Source of the DNA: Macrostomum hystrix
Taxonomy: Eukaryota; Animalia; Platyhelminthes
Reading direction: 5' to 3'
Assembly: GCA_950097015.1 (NCBI GenBank)
Contig: CATNEN010000001.1
Location: 22,134,001 to 22,198,000 of the forward strand
DNA: 64,000 nucleotides
The position numbers and the translations under genes were made by a program. The notes under the pieces were generated by a model. The model searched no databases and had not been told where the DNA came from. It saw only the letters and a program-made list of their open reading frames with translations. Shown here piece after piece: positions 1 to 12,300 of this stretch; the stretch's first letter is position 1; every line of letters begins with the position of its first letter.

Positions 1-64
1 TAATTAGTATAATAGCACTCAAAAACTCCATGCATGAAGTAATATAGTATCAACACTGACTTAC

Positions 65-88
65 CTCTTCTTGTAGATGCAACCTGCC
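65..88 (-). CDS. 24-nt micro-exon paralogous to exon 10 of the ANK-kinase gene; gene continues off the left edge
   Basis: Minus strand reads tttag|G GCA GGT TGC ATC TAC AAG AAG AG|gtaagt (phase 2-2). Positions 1-70 match 9538-9607 with one mismatch (intron plus donor of the exon at 9602-9628). Confidence 0.6.
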
Positions 89-235
89 CTAAAAGCGTGC
101 CGTTTTATTATCCCTGCTCCCTTCTTGCAGATGCAACCTGCCCTAAAAGCGTGCCATTTTATTATCCCTGCTCCCTTCTTGCAGATGCAACCTGCCCTAA
201 AAGCGTGCCATTTTATTATCCCTGCTCCCTTCTTT
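66..235. repeat. 54-bp tandem repeat, ~3 copies, containing the micro-exon acceptor
   Basis: Unit cttcttgcagatgcaacctgccctaaaagcgtgccattttattatccctgctcc. Confidence 0.9.
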
Positions 236-877
236 CGAATGTACGTACTCCTGTCATACTTGTGAATGCTCATACTGTATACTGATGTGCTCCTTTGTTG
301 CTTTCTGTATTGCACTCTGCAATACACTCTGTATTGCACTCTGCAATTGTAAACGATTGGCGGTTCTTTCATCTAATATCTCACTTTCTACTACGTTGCA
401 CAAATTCTGTGTTGATCACTATCACATGATAATACGAGTGTAACTTGCAACCTCCAAGTATATTTTATAAACAGTATAACTTCGCTATTTTACCTCTTAG
501 CATGGAAGTGAGCCTAGTCATAAATTAACTGATGCTGCTTCCTTTGACTGATGTTTATATTACGGGCTTTTTTATTTCTTTTGAATTCCGCAATTCGCTT
601 TGGGTTTGCTTCCTACATCTGACTGCATCCACAGAAAGTGCATGTATATAGTGCAATTGGGATATTCATGGGCAAAACATGCATGTGCGGCTTGCACGCA
701 TGGATAAGTCACGCATGTTTTTAGAAAACACACGGTTAACACATGGATACCCATGCATGTAACATGCATGCAACATGCATGGAACATGGATAAAACATAC
801 ATGCTTCATGCATGCTACATGCATGTATTTGCACATAGACCATGCATGATTTATCCATGATCGGGGCAAGTACCACT

Positions 878-961
878 AGTAGATAGTAGTCCTTTAGTAG
901 ATAGTAGATAGTAGTAGTAGTAGATAGTAGTAATAGTAGTAGTAGTAATAGTAGTAGTAGA

Positions 962-992
<31 letters not shown>

Positions 993-1007
993 TGTAGTAG
1001 TAATAGA

Positions 1008-1052
<45 letters not shown>

Positions 1053-1053
1053 A

Positions 1054-1086
<33 letters not shown>

Positions 1087-1111
1087 ATAGTAGTAGTAGT
1101 AGTAGTAGTAA

Positions 1112-1155
<44 letters not shown>

Positions 1156-1169
1156 ATAGTAGTAGTAGA

Positions 1170-1212
<43 letters not shown>

Positions 1213-1227
1213 TGTAGTAGTAATAGA

Positions 1228-1304
<77 letters not shown>

Positions 1305-1325
1305 ATAGTAGTAGTAGATAGTAGT
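878..1325. repeat. (AGT/ACT)n microsatellite
   Basis: ~450 bp of agt with sparse interruptions; explains the poly-L/T/Y ORFs. Confidence 0.97.
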
Positions 1326-1883
1326 CCACTTGAGTAGTCCGTGGATCGGGGGTCCAGGGTTGGGATCAGCACCGTGGGATTTCTAGCGCTCGTATTGTTC
1401 CATCCCCCAGTTACATCAGATTTTGCAGCTTGTTGGGTGCACTGAAGATCTCTAAATGGTAAGGATTGTCGACTTAATTGGGTTACCGAAATGATAAAAC
1501 GAATCAATAAAATTCCTTCAGAAATGGAATTCGCAACCATGTTATGTACAGACTCTCTAGCTTCAGCGGCTGGAGCAAGTGTCGCCATTCGGAGATTGGA
1601 GAATTCTCCAGCATGGGAGTGAAATCCAGCCTGTCTGTGCTCACTAGAAATGGAGAAGCGGTGAGTCTGATCTCATTTCTGCATTGCGAATGCGTTTTAT
1701 ACTACTAACAACCAAGCGTTCGAGTAGCGTACATCGCGCATTGAAATTTGTCACTTCCTGACTCCTCCCCCATTGCTGAAGACGCAGACGAATGCTCTGG
1801 CACTGCCACCGTCTATGGTATGTTGTTGAGCTGTTAATTCATTGCCAATGTGTTTGCTGAAGGGACAATTCGATGGGAGTAAT

Positions 1884-2893
1884 AGAAGATATGAGAGAGT
1901 GACAGAAGACATGAGAGAGTGACAGAAGATATGAGAGAGTGACAGAAGATATGAGAGAGTGACAGAAGACATGAGAGAGTGACAGAAGATATGAGAGAGT
2001 GACAGAAGACATGAGAGAGTGACAGAAGATATGAGAGAGGGACAGAAGATATGAGAAATGACAGAAGACATGAGAGAGTGACAGAAGATATGAGAGAGTG
2101 ACAGAAGACATGAGAGAGTGACAGAAGATATGAGAGAGTGACAGAAGACATGAGAGAGTGACAGAAGATATGAGAGAGTGACAGAAGACATGAGAGAGTG
2201 ACAGAAGATATGAGAGAGGGACAGAAGATATGAGAAATGACAGAAGACATGAGAGAGTGACAGAAGACATGAGAGGGTGACAGAAGATATGAGAGAGTGA
2301 CAGAAGATATGAGAAAGTGACAGAAGACATGAGAGAGTGACAGAAGACATGAGAGAGTGACAGAAGATATGAGAGAGGGACAGAAGACATGAGAGAGTGA
2401 CAGAAGAAATTAGAGAGTGACAGAAGATATGAGAGGGTGACAGAAGACATGAGAGAGTGACAGAAGATATGAGAGTGACAGAAGATATGAGAGAGTGACA
2501 GAAGATATGAGAGGGTGACAGAAGACATGAGAGAGTGACAGAATAAATGAGAGAGTTGACAGAAGACATGAGAGAGTGACAGAAGATATGAGAGAGTGAC
2601 AGAAGATATGAGAGAGTGACAGAAGATATGAGAGAGTGACAGAAGATATGAGGGAGTGACAGAAGATATGAGAGAGCGACAGAAGACATGAGAGAGTGAC
2701 AGAAGACATGAGAGAGTGACAGAAGATATGAGAGAGTGACAGAAGACATGAGAGAGTGACAGTAGAAATTAGAGAGTGACAGAAGATATGAGAGAGTGAC
2801 AGAAGATATGAGAGAGTGACAGAAGATATGAGAGAGTGACAGAAGATATGAGAGAGTGACAGAAGATATGAGAGAGTGACATAAAAACATGAG
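1884..2893. repeat. 20-bp minisatellite, ~50 copies
   Basis: Unit gagagagtgacagaaga(t/c)at. Confidence 0.97.
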
Positions 2894-3479
2894 ATAAATC
2901 TAAAAATAGATCAGACAGTGGACTAGAACACAATAATCACAAATAGTTTATAGGCGTGATTGCTGTCCGTGATTGGAGCAGCTTTGCAAATTTGGTTGCC
3001 ATGGCAACAATGAATATATTTGCATATCACATACTACTCACAAGTATTGATGTACAGATTTTTCTGCTATTTGAAGCACAATAATTTTTAAGCAATTCAA
3101 AGTGTATTCACTGTGCAGTAAATTGTAATTGGCGGGTGTGTCACTTGGCTAAACAATATAAGTCTTCAGAATCTAAATTTGAAATTGTTTATTGTTTAAA
3201 CTCATGTCCTACTGGAGTGCGGATGGGATGAAAATATATTTTTAAAAATCCATCTTTCCCCAATCCCCATGATTCACAGAATCCAATCTTTCCCCAATCC
3301 CCATGATTCACAGAATCCCCTGTCGTCAGATTCCCATGATTCGAAGAATCCTGATTCCCAGTCACAGAAGCATTCAAAGGTTGTATTCGAATCCCATCTG
3401 CAGCCCATTGATGTATTGAAATGGCACCATAGAGAAGGGCAGTAGTATATTACGCATAGATAATGTTGAGCCGCATCCA

Positions 3480-5796
3480 CTAAACTCTGCCAAGGCTGTC
3501 AGCTGCCCGCACCTCCAGCTTGACGGCCGCAGCCGCCGCTTCTACGGCAGCCGCGGCAGTGGTGCTCAGGCCGGCGCAGGCGGTCTCCTGATGCTCCAGC
3601 AGGGACTCCAGCTGTTCAAATGACTCGCCACAGCGAACGCAGACCAGCTGATCCAGCTGCTGCTGCTGAGCGTCTTCGCTGTCTCTGCCGCATCGGCTCA
3701 GTCGAAAGCCAGCTCCAGCAACGGCCGCAGCAGCAGCGGCTGCGGCGCTGGCTCCGGCAGCAGAGATGGCCAGCTGGTGCTGCTGATGCAGCTGTTGGAG
3801 CTGATGTCGGAGCAGCTCCGGGTGAAGCGACAGTGGCAGCTGGAGTGTCTGCTGCTGCTGCTGCGCCAGTGGCGGCGCCACTCGTTTAAAAGTTCTCCGC
3901 TTGCTGTAGGGCTGTGTTTTGTGCTGCAGCATGCCCAGCTCCTCTGGGCTCATGCTGCACAGCAGGTCGCCGGCGAAGGCGTTCGGCAGCCGGATGCCGT
4001 CGCCTGTTGAAGTCTCCGATGGGGACAGCGCTGAGGAGGAGCTGCCGCCGCTGGGAGCCGCCACGGTGCCGAGGCCGCTGCCGCCGCCGAAGCCGCAGTG
4101 CACCTTGGCGTGCATCTTCATGCCGCGCTCAGTCTGGCCGATGTAGCCGCAGATGGAGCACTTGTAGCCGCCGGCTCCGCTTCCACCGACGTCCAGAGAG
4201 ATCGGCAGCCAGGACGGCTGACTGCAGCCGGACCCTGCCGCGTCGCCGGTGGCGGCAGCTGACGTGGCTGATGCCGAACTGTCGGCAGTCGATGCAGAGG
4301 CTGCAGCAGCAGCAGCAGCAGCAGCTGGATCTGCGGCAGTCGATGGCAGTGTGTTGGTGGCCGTGTTGGAGGGCGCAGTTTTGTCTGGATTCTCCGGGCA
4401 GTAGAACGCCTGATGCGCTGTGAGGGTGGATGGCGAGTGGAATCGGATCTGGCAGTAGGGGCACTGGAATTTGCGCTCAGCTGATCCAGTGGGAGAGTGA
4501 CTCGCGCTGCCGGCTGCCGCAGGGGGTTGGGCCTCGAGCTTGGGTGTTGGCAGAACAGGAACTGCTAGGATTGGAGTCTGCTTTTGCTCCTTCAGCTGGA
4601 TGGCTGGCTGCTGCTGCTGCTGCAGTGGCAGCTTGGCTGTGCGGGCCGAGTTGCCGGGTTTGCCAGCCCCCTGAGCCAAGCGGCTGCTCTGGCAGTATAG
4701 AGAGCGGTGCACAACGTAGTTGTTGTAGTTGAAGAAGCCGATCTTGCAGTCCTTGCACACACTCATCAGGCTGGACACGGGGCCGGCCGAAGGCTGAGAT
4801 TTCCTCGGACTCGGCGACTGCTCTGGGCCCGGGCGGCTCTGCTGGTCGAGGCTGTCGACTGGCGGCCGGCTGCGCTGCCTGGGCTGCTCCTGCTGCTGAA
4901 GGCTGGGGGCCGCTCTGGACAATGGTCCCGCACTGACGGTGCTCCTCGGCGGAGACGGCGCTCTGGGCAGGGTCAGGTCCAGCGCCGCGGTCTCAGATGG
5001 CAGATCTGTCGAGCAGCCGCTGATGGGTTTCAGAGAATCGCGGGTTTCAGAGATCAGAGGCGGTGCGAGAAACTGAAGCCACTGATTAGAGAGATTGTAT
5101 TTGCACAGATACTCACCCGCTAACATCCGAGCCAGCTTCCTGCTGCTCCATCATCGGTTGCTCCTCCAGCTGCGGCTGCTGCAGCCTTCGCTGCCGCAGC
5201 TGCAGCCGCTGCGAAGCCTCAGTCGAGTACTGCGCTGGGCTGACTGGCACGTAGGAGATGCTGCCCCAGTCACTGAGCACGGGAGCCGCCAGCACCAGCT
5301 CCGGTCGACTGTCGCGCAGCGGTCGTCGCCGCCGACTCCGCAGCTGGGCGGCTGCGCCGCTGTCGAACAGGCCGTGGAACTGGCGGTGGGTGCGCAGCAT
5401 CCAGGCCGAGGTGAAGTACAGGCCGCACCTGGCGCAGCTGCGGATCCGAGAGCGGACGGCGGATTCGGCCTGCTGGGCGCGGCCCGTCTGCAGGCGCGGC
5501 GTCTTGGCCAGCCGACTGTCGGAGCCGCAGGCGTCGACGCTCGCCGCTCTCTTCCGCGGCTCGGCTGCTTCAGGACGCACCGCGGACTCGTCATCATCGC
5601 AATCGTCGTCTTCTACGCGGACCTACTGGAGTTCCTGCGGATCAGCAGCCTCGGCATTGTCGGCGGCGGTCATTTCTTCGTCGGCATCGTCGCTGCTGGT
5701 CAGTCGAGTGGTGAGTCGATCGCCGGGCCGCAGCGGTCGATCAGCCTTCAGGTACAGCGTCTGCTCGCGCACTTGAAGATCCCAGGTGAGACAGCT
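3480..5796 (-). CDS. FOG/U-shaped (ZFPM)-like zinc-finger gene, 3' exons 5117-5796 and 3480-5005; in-frame TAG at 5623-5625 (possible null allele or pseudogene)
   Basis: FOG-type CCHC fingers (CKDCKIGFFNYNNYVVHRSLYC; CPYCQIRFHSPSTLTAHQAFYC), C2H2 fingers, PxDLS-like ALDLT, and a PR-domain-like tail (LYLKADRPLRPGDRLT). A GT-AG intron at 5006-5116 joins the frames. Confidence 0.75.
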
Positions 5797-6073
5797 CTAA
5801 GGTTACTAGGGCTACCAAAGCTGTTATAATATTCAATAAATAACTAATGTACAAGTAGACAATCATTTTGTAGCAAGATAAACAAAAATAATATATAATT
5901 CTAAGAAATATACACAGACACATTACCAGCTTTCAATTATTTTACAACTTACACTACTTATAATAATTTCTTGGAAACAAATTCATTGTGTAATGCATAA
6001 TTGTTTAAATGCACTAGCAAAATCGTTTCAAAAATTACCACATATTTATTTTTTAAGTGGATCGAGGCTAACA

Positions 6074-6320
6074 AGGGTGGCAGAGGGTGTCAGGGAAGGC
6101 AGAGGGTGTCAGGGAAGGCAGAGGGTGTCAGGGAAGGCAGAGGGTGTCAGGGAAGGCAGAGGGTGTCAGGGAAGGCAGAGGGTGTCAGGGAAGGCAGAGG
6201 GTGTCAGGGAAGGCAGAGGGTGTCAGAGATGGCAGAGGGTGTCAGGGAAGGCAGAGGGTGTCAGGGAAGGCAGAGGGTGTCAGGGAAGGCAGAGGGTGTC
6301 AGGTAGGGCGGGTGTCAGGG
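6074..6320. repeat. 19-bp minisatellite
   Basis: Unit agggaaggcagagggtgtc, ~12 copies. Confidence 0.95.
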
Positions 6321-6930
6321 GCTCCTCACTAAGCCACAGCTCAAGGTGAGCACAGAGTAAAATTCAGCCATTTCCTGCCCAATCGGTTTGCTAAAAGTGA
6401 GAACTGATTTGAGTCACTTCATATCTTTGCTTATTCTTGGCTGGGCAATTTGTGCTCATTGTGACACTGAAAATAAATTTGAGTTTGAAAGCAGCCGCCC
6501 AGTCTGCTGCTCACAATGGAAAAGGGCAAAGCAGGTGGCGCCACTCCGCAGCCTCCTGCAGTTTCTCGAGTTTGTCGCAGCGAGTTCTCTCTGTCTCTGC
6601 CCGGCCCGTCTCTCAGCTTCTTTCACCTGCGCTCTCGGAGCGGGGGAGGTCGACGGGCCGTTTTCAGTGCAGTAAAACAAGCGGTCGGTTATAAAAAATA
6701 AAATAGCATCCCCAAGCCTAGCACTGCTCAGGACTTACGGTGCAGGGCTGCTCAACCGGTTCGAACTGGATTTATTGTCGCATTGTCGCATGCTGGCATA
6801 ATATTTGCTCAAGGTTAATGAAAATTAATTCGCACTCACTCAACTCAGTTTGACGAAACCTCGGACTCAAAATATAAAATTATGGAACTAATGCGGAGAA
6901 TTGTCTCAACTTAAAACTACAGGCAAAGTG

Positions 6931-7190
6931 GCTAATCCTTGTGGGACATGCTAATCCATGCTGGACATTCTAATCCTTGTATGACATGCTAATCCTTGTA
7001 GGACATGCTAATCCTTGAAGGACATGCTAATCCTTGTAGGACATGCTAATCCTTGTAGGACATGCTAATCCTTGAAGGACATGCTAATCCTTGTAGGACA
7101 TGCTAATCCTTGTAGGACATGCTAATCCTTGTAGGACATGCTAATCCTTGTAGGACATGCTAATCCTTGTAGGACATGCTAATCCTTGTA
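6931..7190. repeat. 19-bp minisatellite
   Basis: Unit gctaatccttgtaggacat, ~13 copies. Confidence 0.95.
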
Positions 7191-7292
7191 AGCTCTGGAC
7201 AGACGAAGGGACTAAAGCTGAGCAGATTGTAATTGAGCAGTCAAACACATCATCAGACAAAAGCTTCTTTTGAAATGAGCGATCCCAATTCC

Positions 7293-7540
7293 CTCAGTGC
7301 TCAGCACTTTGAGAAACTCGGGCAGTCAGTGCTCAGCACTTTGAGAACTCGGGCAGTCAGTGCTCAGCACTTTGAGAACTCGGGCAGTCAGTGCTCAGCA
7401 CTTTGAGAACTCGGGCAGTCAGTGCTCAGCACTTTGAGAAACTCGGGCAGTCAGTGCTCAGCACTTTGAGAACTCGGGCAGTCAGTGCTCAGCACTTTGA
7501 GAACTCGGGCAGTCAGTGCTCAGCACTTTAAGAACTCGGG
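7293..7540. repeat. 31-bp minisatellite with internal palindrome
   Basis: Unit cagtgctcagcactttgagaactcgggcagt, ~8 copies; contains AGTGCT-C-AGCACT. Confidence 0.95.
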
Positions 7541-8214
7541 AGGGCGGCCTCAGAAGATGCACTAAAAAGACGCCCACCCCAACTCCGCGGAGTGGAAGCA
7601 GATTTGGGGCTGAGAATTTCAGCAGTCACGCATGACTACAGGCATTCAGTGGCATTGCTATTACAATTCTTTCATTGTCGGTACTGTTTCACACTGGCCA
7701 GACCTGATCTCGCACAGCTCAGCCTCTCCTCTGCCCCGAGCTGCCCTGGCCGCGACTCGAGTTCCAGATGAGCACAGCAGCTCAAACCATTGTGTTCAAC
7801 TAGTATCTATCTTGCATTGCTGCTTAAAAATTGCCAATTCCAGACACTCCACAGGGCAGCGAGTCCACAGCAGACAGCGGGGCGGGGAGATGAGGCTGCA
7901 GACTCAGCCCACTGTCTCACCGAGCTCTGAGCAGCTGCTCAGGCTGACCCGCACCTTCTGTTCCATTGTGCTTGGCTCCAGGCAGCCGCCCTCCCCTGCC
8001 CTGCCGGAGAAAGCAACAAAGCAAAGAGAAAATAACAAAAATTTGTTAAGCTTTTCGCAAACATTTCTTAGAATGTTGTAGGCACAATGAGCTACGAATA
8101 TGATGGATAATTAGCAATCAGGACTGCTTTATTTAGTGTTTTGTGCGATGCGTAATTAACAAGTAAAACTAAAGGATTGGGCATTGGACAATTCATTTCT
8201 TATTTAGCAGTCAG

Positions 8215-8358
8215 AGGTCATACATTATGGTCATGCAAGAGTCATACAGCATTGTTATACAAGAGTCATGCAGGAAGGTCATACAAGAGTCATGCAAGAG
8301 TCATACAGGATGGTCATACAAGAGTCATACAGGATGGTCATACAAGAGTCATGCAGGA
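8215..8358. repeat. Degenerate short tandem repeat just 3' of the kinase stop
   Basis: Repeated gtcatacaaga / gtcatgcagga motifs. Confidence 0.7.
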
Positions 8359-8376
8359 GCTAAGAATTCAACTGGG

Positions 8377-9358
8377 TCACTTGCGTGTGAATATGCTAAA
8401 GAAGCTCTGGCTCTGCCTTCGCAGCTGCCTGCCCGTCAGGAACTCGTGGCTCAGCAGCTCCAGCGCGGACTTTCTCCTCCTGCGGTCTCGGTTCGTGCAG
8501 CGGCTGTAGAAGTCCCGCAGCTCAGCCGAGCAGCTGCCGGGCAGGGCGGGGGCTCCCCTCTGACTGAGCTGCTGGGCCATCTGTAAGTAATTGCCTGTGT
8601 TTGAGTAGGGCCTGCCTCCCGTGGCCATCTGGAAGACTGAGCAGCCGAACGCCCAGATGTCCGACTCTCTGCTGTACCGCGGGTTGCCTTCATCGTCTGG
8701 TGCCAGCAGCTCTGGCGCCATGAAGTTCAGAGTGCCCTTCGGTGTGGCAGTGGAGGCTATGAGGTGGCTGACAGACTGCTCCAGCTTGATTGACAGGCCG
8801 AAGTCGATCAGCTTGACTCGCCTGTTGTCACCGACCACAATGATGTTGCTGCAGTTGATGTCTCTGTGGATCACAGGCGGCTGTCGGCTGTGCAGGTAGT
8901 GCAGCGCGCTGCAGATCTGCAGGTGGGTGGGTTGAGGAACTGGTGTCGGCTGACGCTAAAAAGTCAACTCACTGCATCACTCATGAGCAGGCTGCTCAAA
9001 TCTCACCTGCTCGCTGAACTGTCGAATGGCTTCTTCGCCCAGCGGCTTGGAGTCGAGAAATCTCTCCAGGCTGCAGCCATCCAGCAGCTCCATGAACACA
9101 ACAGCTGTCGCATACTCAGGCTGAGCGATGTGCAAGAAGCTGACGATGTTGGGGTGCCACAGCTGGCACAGGTTCTTCTCGCCCTCAATAATCTTGTCGA
9201 TCTCCTTTCTCTTTGAAGGCTCCAGGTCGCCGAGCTGCACTGGCAGTCTGAGAGTCTTCGCAGCGCACCTGATGCCCGTGTCCGTGAGCACTTCGTGGAC
9301 ATCGCCGAAGCCTCCCCTGCCGATGAGTTTGAAGGATTCCCAGCGCTCAATGAGAAAC
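8377..9358 (-). CDS. Kinase-domain exons (9007-9358, 8377-8916) of the ANK-kinase gene
   Basis: GRGGFG Gly loop, [37 protein letters not shown]; intron 8917-9006. Confidence 0.92.
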
Positions 9359-12300
9359 CTGAGGAATTTTTAGTGGCTGATGAAAGCAAGCGGCAGGTGG
9401 GCAGAAGAGCTGCAGATTGCAGAGAGCAGAAATGCAATAAAAGCAGCAGCAATGAATGTACTCACGGCTTTTCAAAGTACTCCTTGTCTTCGGACCTGCA
9501 TGGGCATTGGTTAGTGGAAGTGGAGATTGTCAACGAGTAATTAGTATAATAGCACTCAAAAACTCCATGCATGAAGTAATATAGTATCAACACTAACTTA
9601 CCTCTTCTGGCCCCTACCAGCCTTGCCGCTGAATAAGCGACATGAGTTGTATGTGTGTCATACAGGGGCAGAGAACAGAGAGGTGACGAGGGGGCAGAGA
9701 GGTGACGAGGGGCAGAGAGGTGACGAGGGGCAGAGAGGTGACGAGAGGCAGAGAGGTGACGAGGGGGCAGAGAGGTGACGAGGGGGCAGAGAGGTGACGA
9801 GAGGCAGAGAGGTGACGAGGGGGCAGAGAGGTGACGAGGGGCAGAGAGGTGACGAGGGGAAGAGAGGTGACGAGGGGGCAGAGGGCGGGTCCACCCACCC
9901 ACTCCACAGTCAGCCAGTCTGTTTTTTATAGTGTTTGTGCTTGTGTTTGTCCTGAGTCTATTCTGTCCTTTGCTTGTGTTTACTGAAGGCACTGCTGTAA
10001 TTAATACCAATTAACAGTTCAAATAGCAGCTAACTGTAACTAAACTTTACATTTTAGCTCAGCTGTGTTAGTTTTTCAGCAATAGTAGCGCAACAGCGCA
10101 ACAGCTAGGCTGAAATGGCGCAGAAGCGCTAAAACTGACTGGCGGAGGCCGCCAGCCAATGGGAGAGACGGGGCGGGGAGGTCGCCAGCCAATGGGAGAG
10201 ACGGGGCGGGGAGGTCGCCAGCCAATGGGAGAGCGCCCGCACGCCCACCCCTCCAGAAGCGATGCTCAGCCGTTTCACAAGCCCCAATTTCCACAGCGTC
10301 GAAAGCAGAAGTTGCTTCGGACTGCACAAACTCTGAATTGCACACTGAAAATTGGGCTTTGTGAGAGCGGCCCGCACGGTACGCAGTGCGCATTTTCACC
10401 TATAAAAAGCAGCAAATGGAAAGCTTTATTCCCACTGATAATATTAATGCTATTATTTACGGCACTGCAAACTGCTTGAGTGGCAGAGGCGGGCAAAACT
10501 CTGATTGGACAGAAAATATTTTGGCTAAAAATTGCAACCCACTTTGACTCTGATCAGTGAAACACTGCGACCTGCACCCACTCAGTGCGATAATGCAAGA
10601 TGAGAGACATTCTCAGTCGCCATGGCAACTCACCCACGCAGCAGCTCGGCCAGTTCGCTATTTCCCATCCCTGTGGCCCAATCCAGCGCAGTCTTGCCAT
10701 CACTGCTCTTCAGGCTCCAGTCCGACCCTGCGGCCAGCAGAGCCCGACCGACTGCGGCGGCGGTGGCGGGGGGCGCCCAGGCTGCCCACATGAGGGGCGT
10801 GGATTCACTCCAATTCCTGGCGTTGGCGGAGGCTCCGGCATGGAGCAGCTGGGAGACTGCGGCAGAATTGCCAGTCCCGGCTGCCCTGTGCAGGCAACTG
10901 GCAGCAAACACATCAGCACAGGTGGGGTCCCCGAGCTGCAGCAGATGCTGCCACAGAGCCCCGTCAGAGCACTGGATGTTCCCAGCTGCCCACATTAACG
11001 CTGTCCGACCCCAGCTGTCCGGCAGGTCGCAGTTGCCGCGGGTCGCCGCTCGCCGCAGCCCCGCCGAGTCGCCCGCCTCGGCCAACCGCTCCAGTTCCTC
11101 TCGCTCTGCCTCCTCCTGCAAAGGCGAGTGTAGAATTTGAGCACAGCTGCTCATCTGCACCCACATCGGCACCCCAGATGCCACTCACCGAGGCTGTCAG
11201 GCCGGAGATGCCGCCATCTTCACCCAGTCGCAGCCGCATCTCCCTGCAAAGCAGAAGAAATCAAATGCGAAATTCTCATCGCTCACAAACAGGCAGCAGT
11301 TTCAGACAAGCTCATTTTTACTCAGCCTCAAATTCGCTGCATCAGCAAAGTGTTGGGGTCGAGAAAGCACTGCGGCATGAGAAATGCCAATTCTCAGTGC
11401 TGCCAATGTGGCACACACAAATCTGTGCACTGGCCATTGGAGATTTGCTGATTGCGTTTTGCTGCATGAAATGCTCTGATTGCAGTTCGGCTGTGCGCCA
11501 TTTGACAAGAGGATTCGGTCAGGGCTTTCGGTGAGGGCGACTGAGGCAGCTGAAGGCTGTGGGCTGAAACTGAGGCAGCTGAAGGCTGTGCATGGGCTGA
11601 AACTGAGGCAGCTGAAGGCTGTGGGCTGAGACTGAGGCAACTGAAGGCTGTGGGCTGAGACTGAGGCAGCTGAAGGCTGTGCATGGGCTGAAACTGAGGC
11701 AGCTGAAGGCTGCGGACTGAAACTGAGGCAGCTGAAGGCTGCGGACTGAAACTGAGGCAGCTGAAGGCTGCGGACTGAAACTGAGGCAGCTGAAGGCTGC
11801 GGACTGAAACTGAGGCAGCTGAAGGCTGCGGATTGAAACTGAGGCAGCTGAAGGCTGCGGACTGAAACTGAGGCAGCTGAAGGCTGCGGACTGAAACTGA
11901 GGCAGCTGAAGGCTGCGGACTGAAACTGAGGCAGCTGAAGGCTGCGGACTGAAACTGAGGCAGCTGAAGGCTGCGGACTGAAACTGAGGCAGCTGAACAT
12001 TCAGCAGGCATTTCTCTGAGCACTTCAGCAAATCTCCAACTTAAGGGAAGTGAAATCTCAGCCAATCAAAATACTGGAGAAGTGAAACTGCCCGTGGGAG
12101 ACATAAACACATGGGGAATTTGTTGTGCAGTTGATTAATGCACGTACATAGTTCGTACATGTACACCTCTGATATCGATTGGCGCAGAATATATATAGTC
12201 CAAATACTGAGAGCCAACTTGGCGTGAAAGTTTCGGATACTAACTTGGCTGACTCGCGACTATTCATTTACAACATTGGCATCGCAAGCACAAGCGAACA

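Noticed and set aside
660-870. CATG-rich quasi-palindromic tract as a possible MITE
   Set aside because: No definable termini or TSD.
736-2890. Long ORFs rich in poly-L/T/Y or SSVTLS repeats
   Set aside because: Translations of the (AGT)n microsatellite and the 20-bp minisatellite, open in several frames.
7293-7540. CRISPR-like palindromic 31-bp repeats
   Set aside because: Head-to-tail units with no spacers, no cas genes, eukaryotic context.
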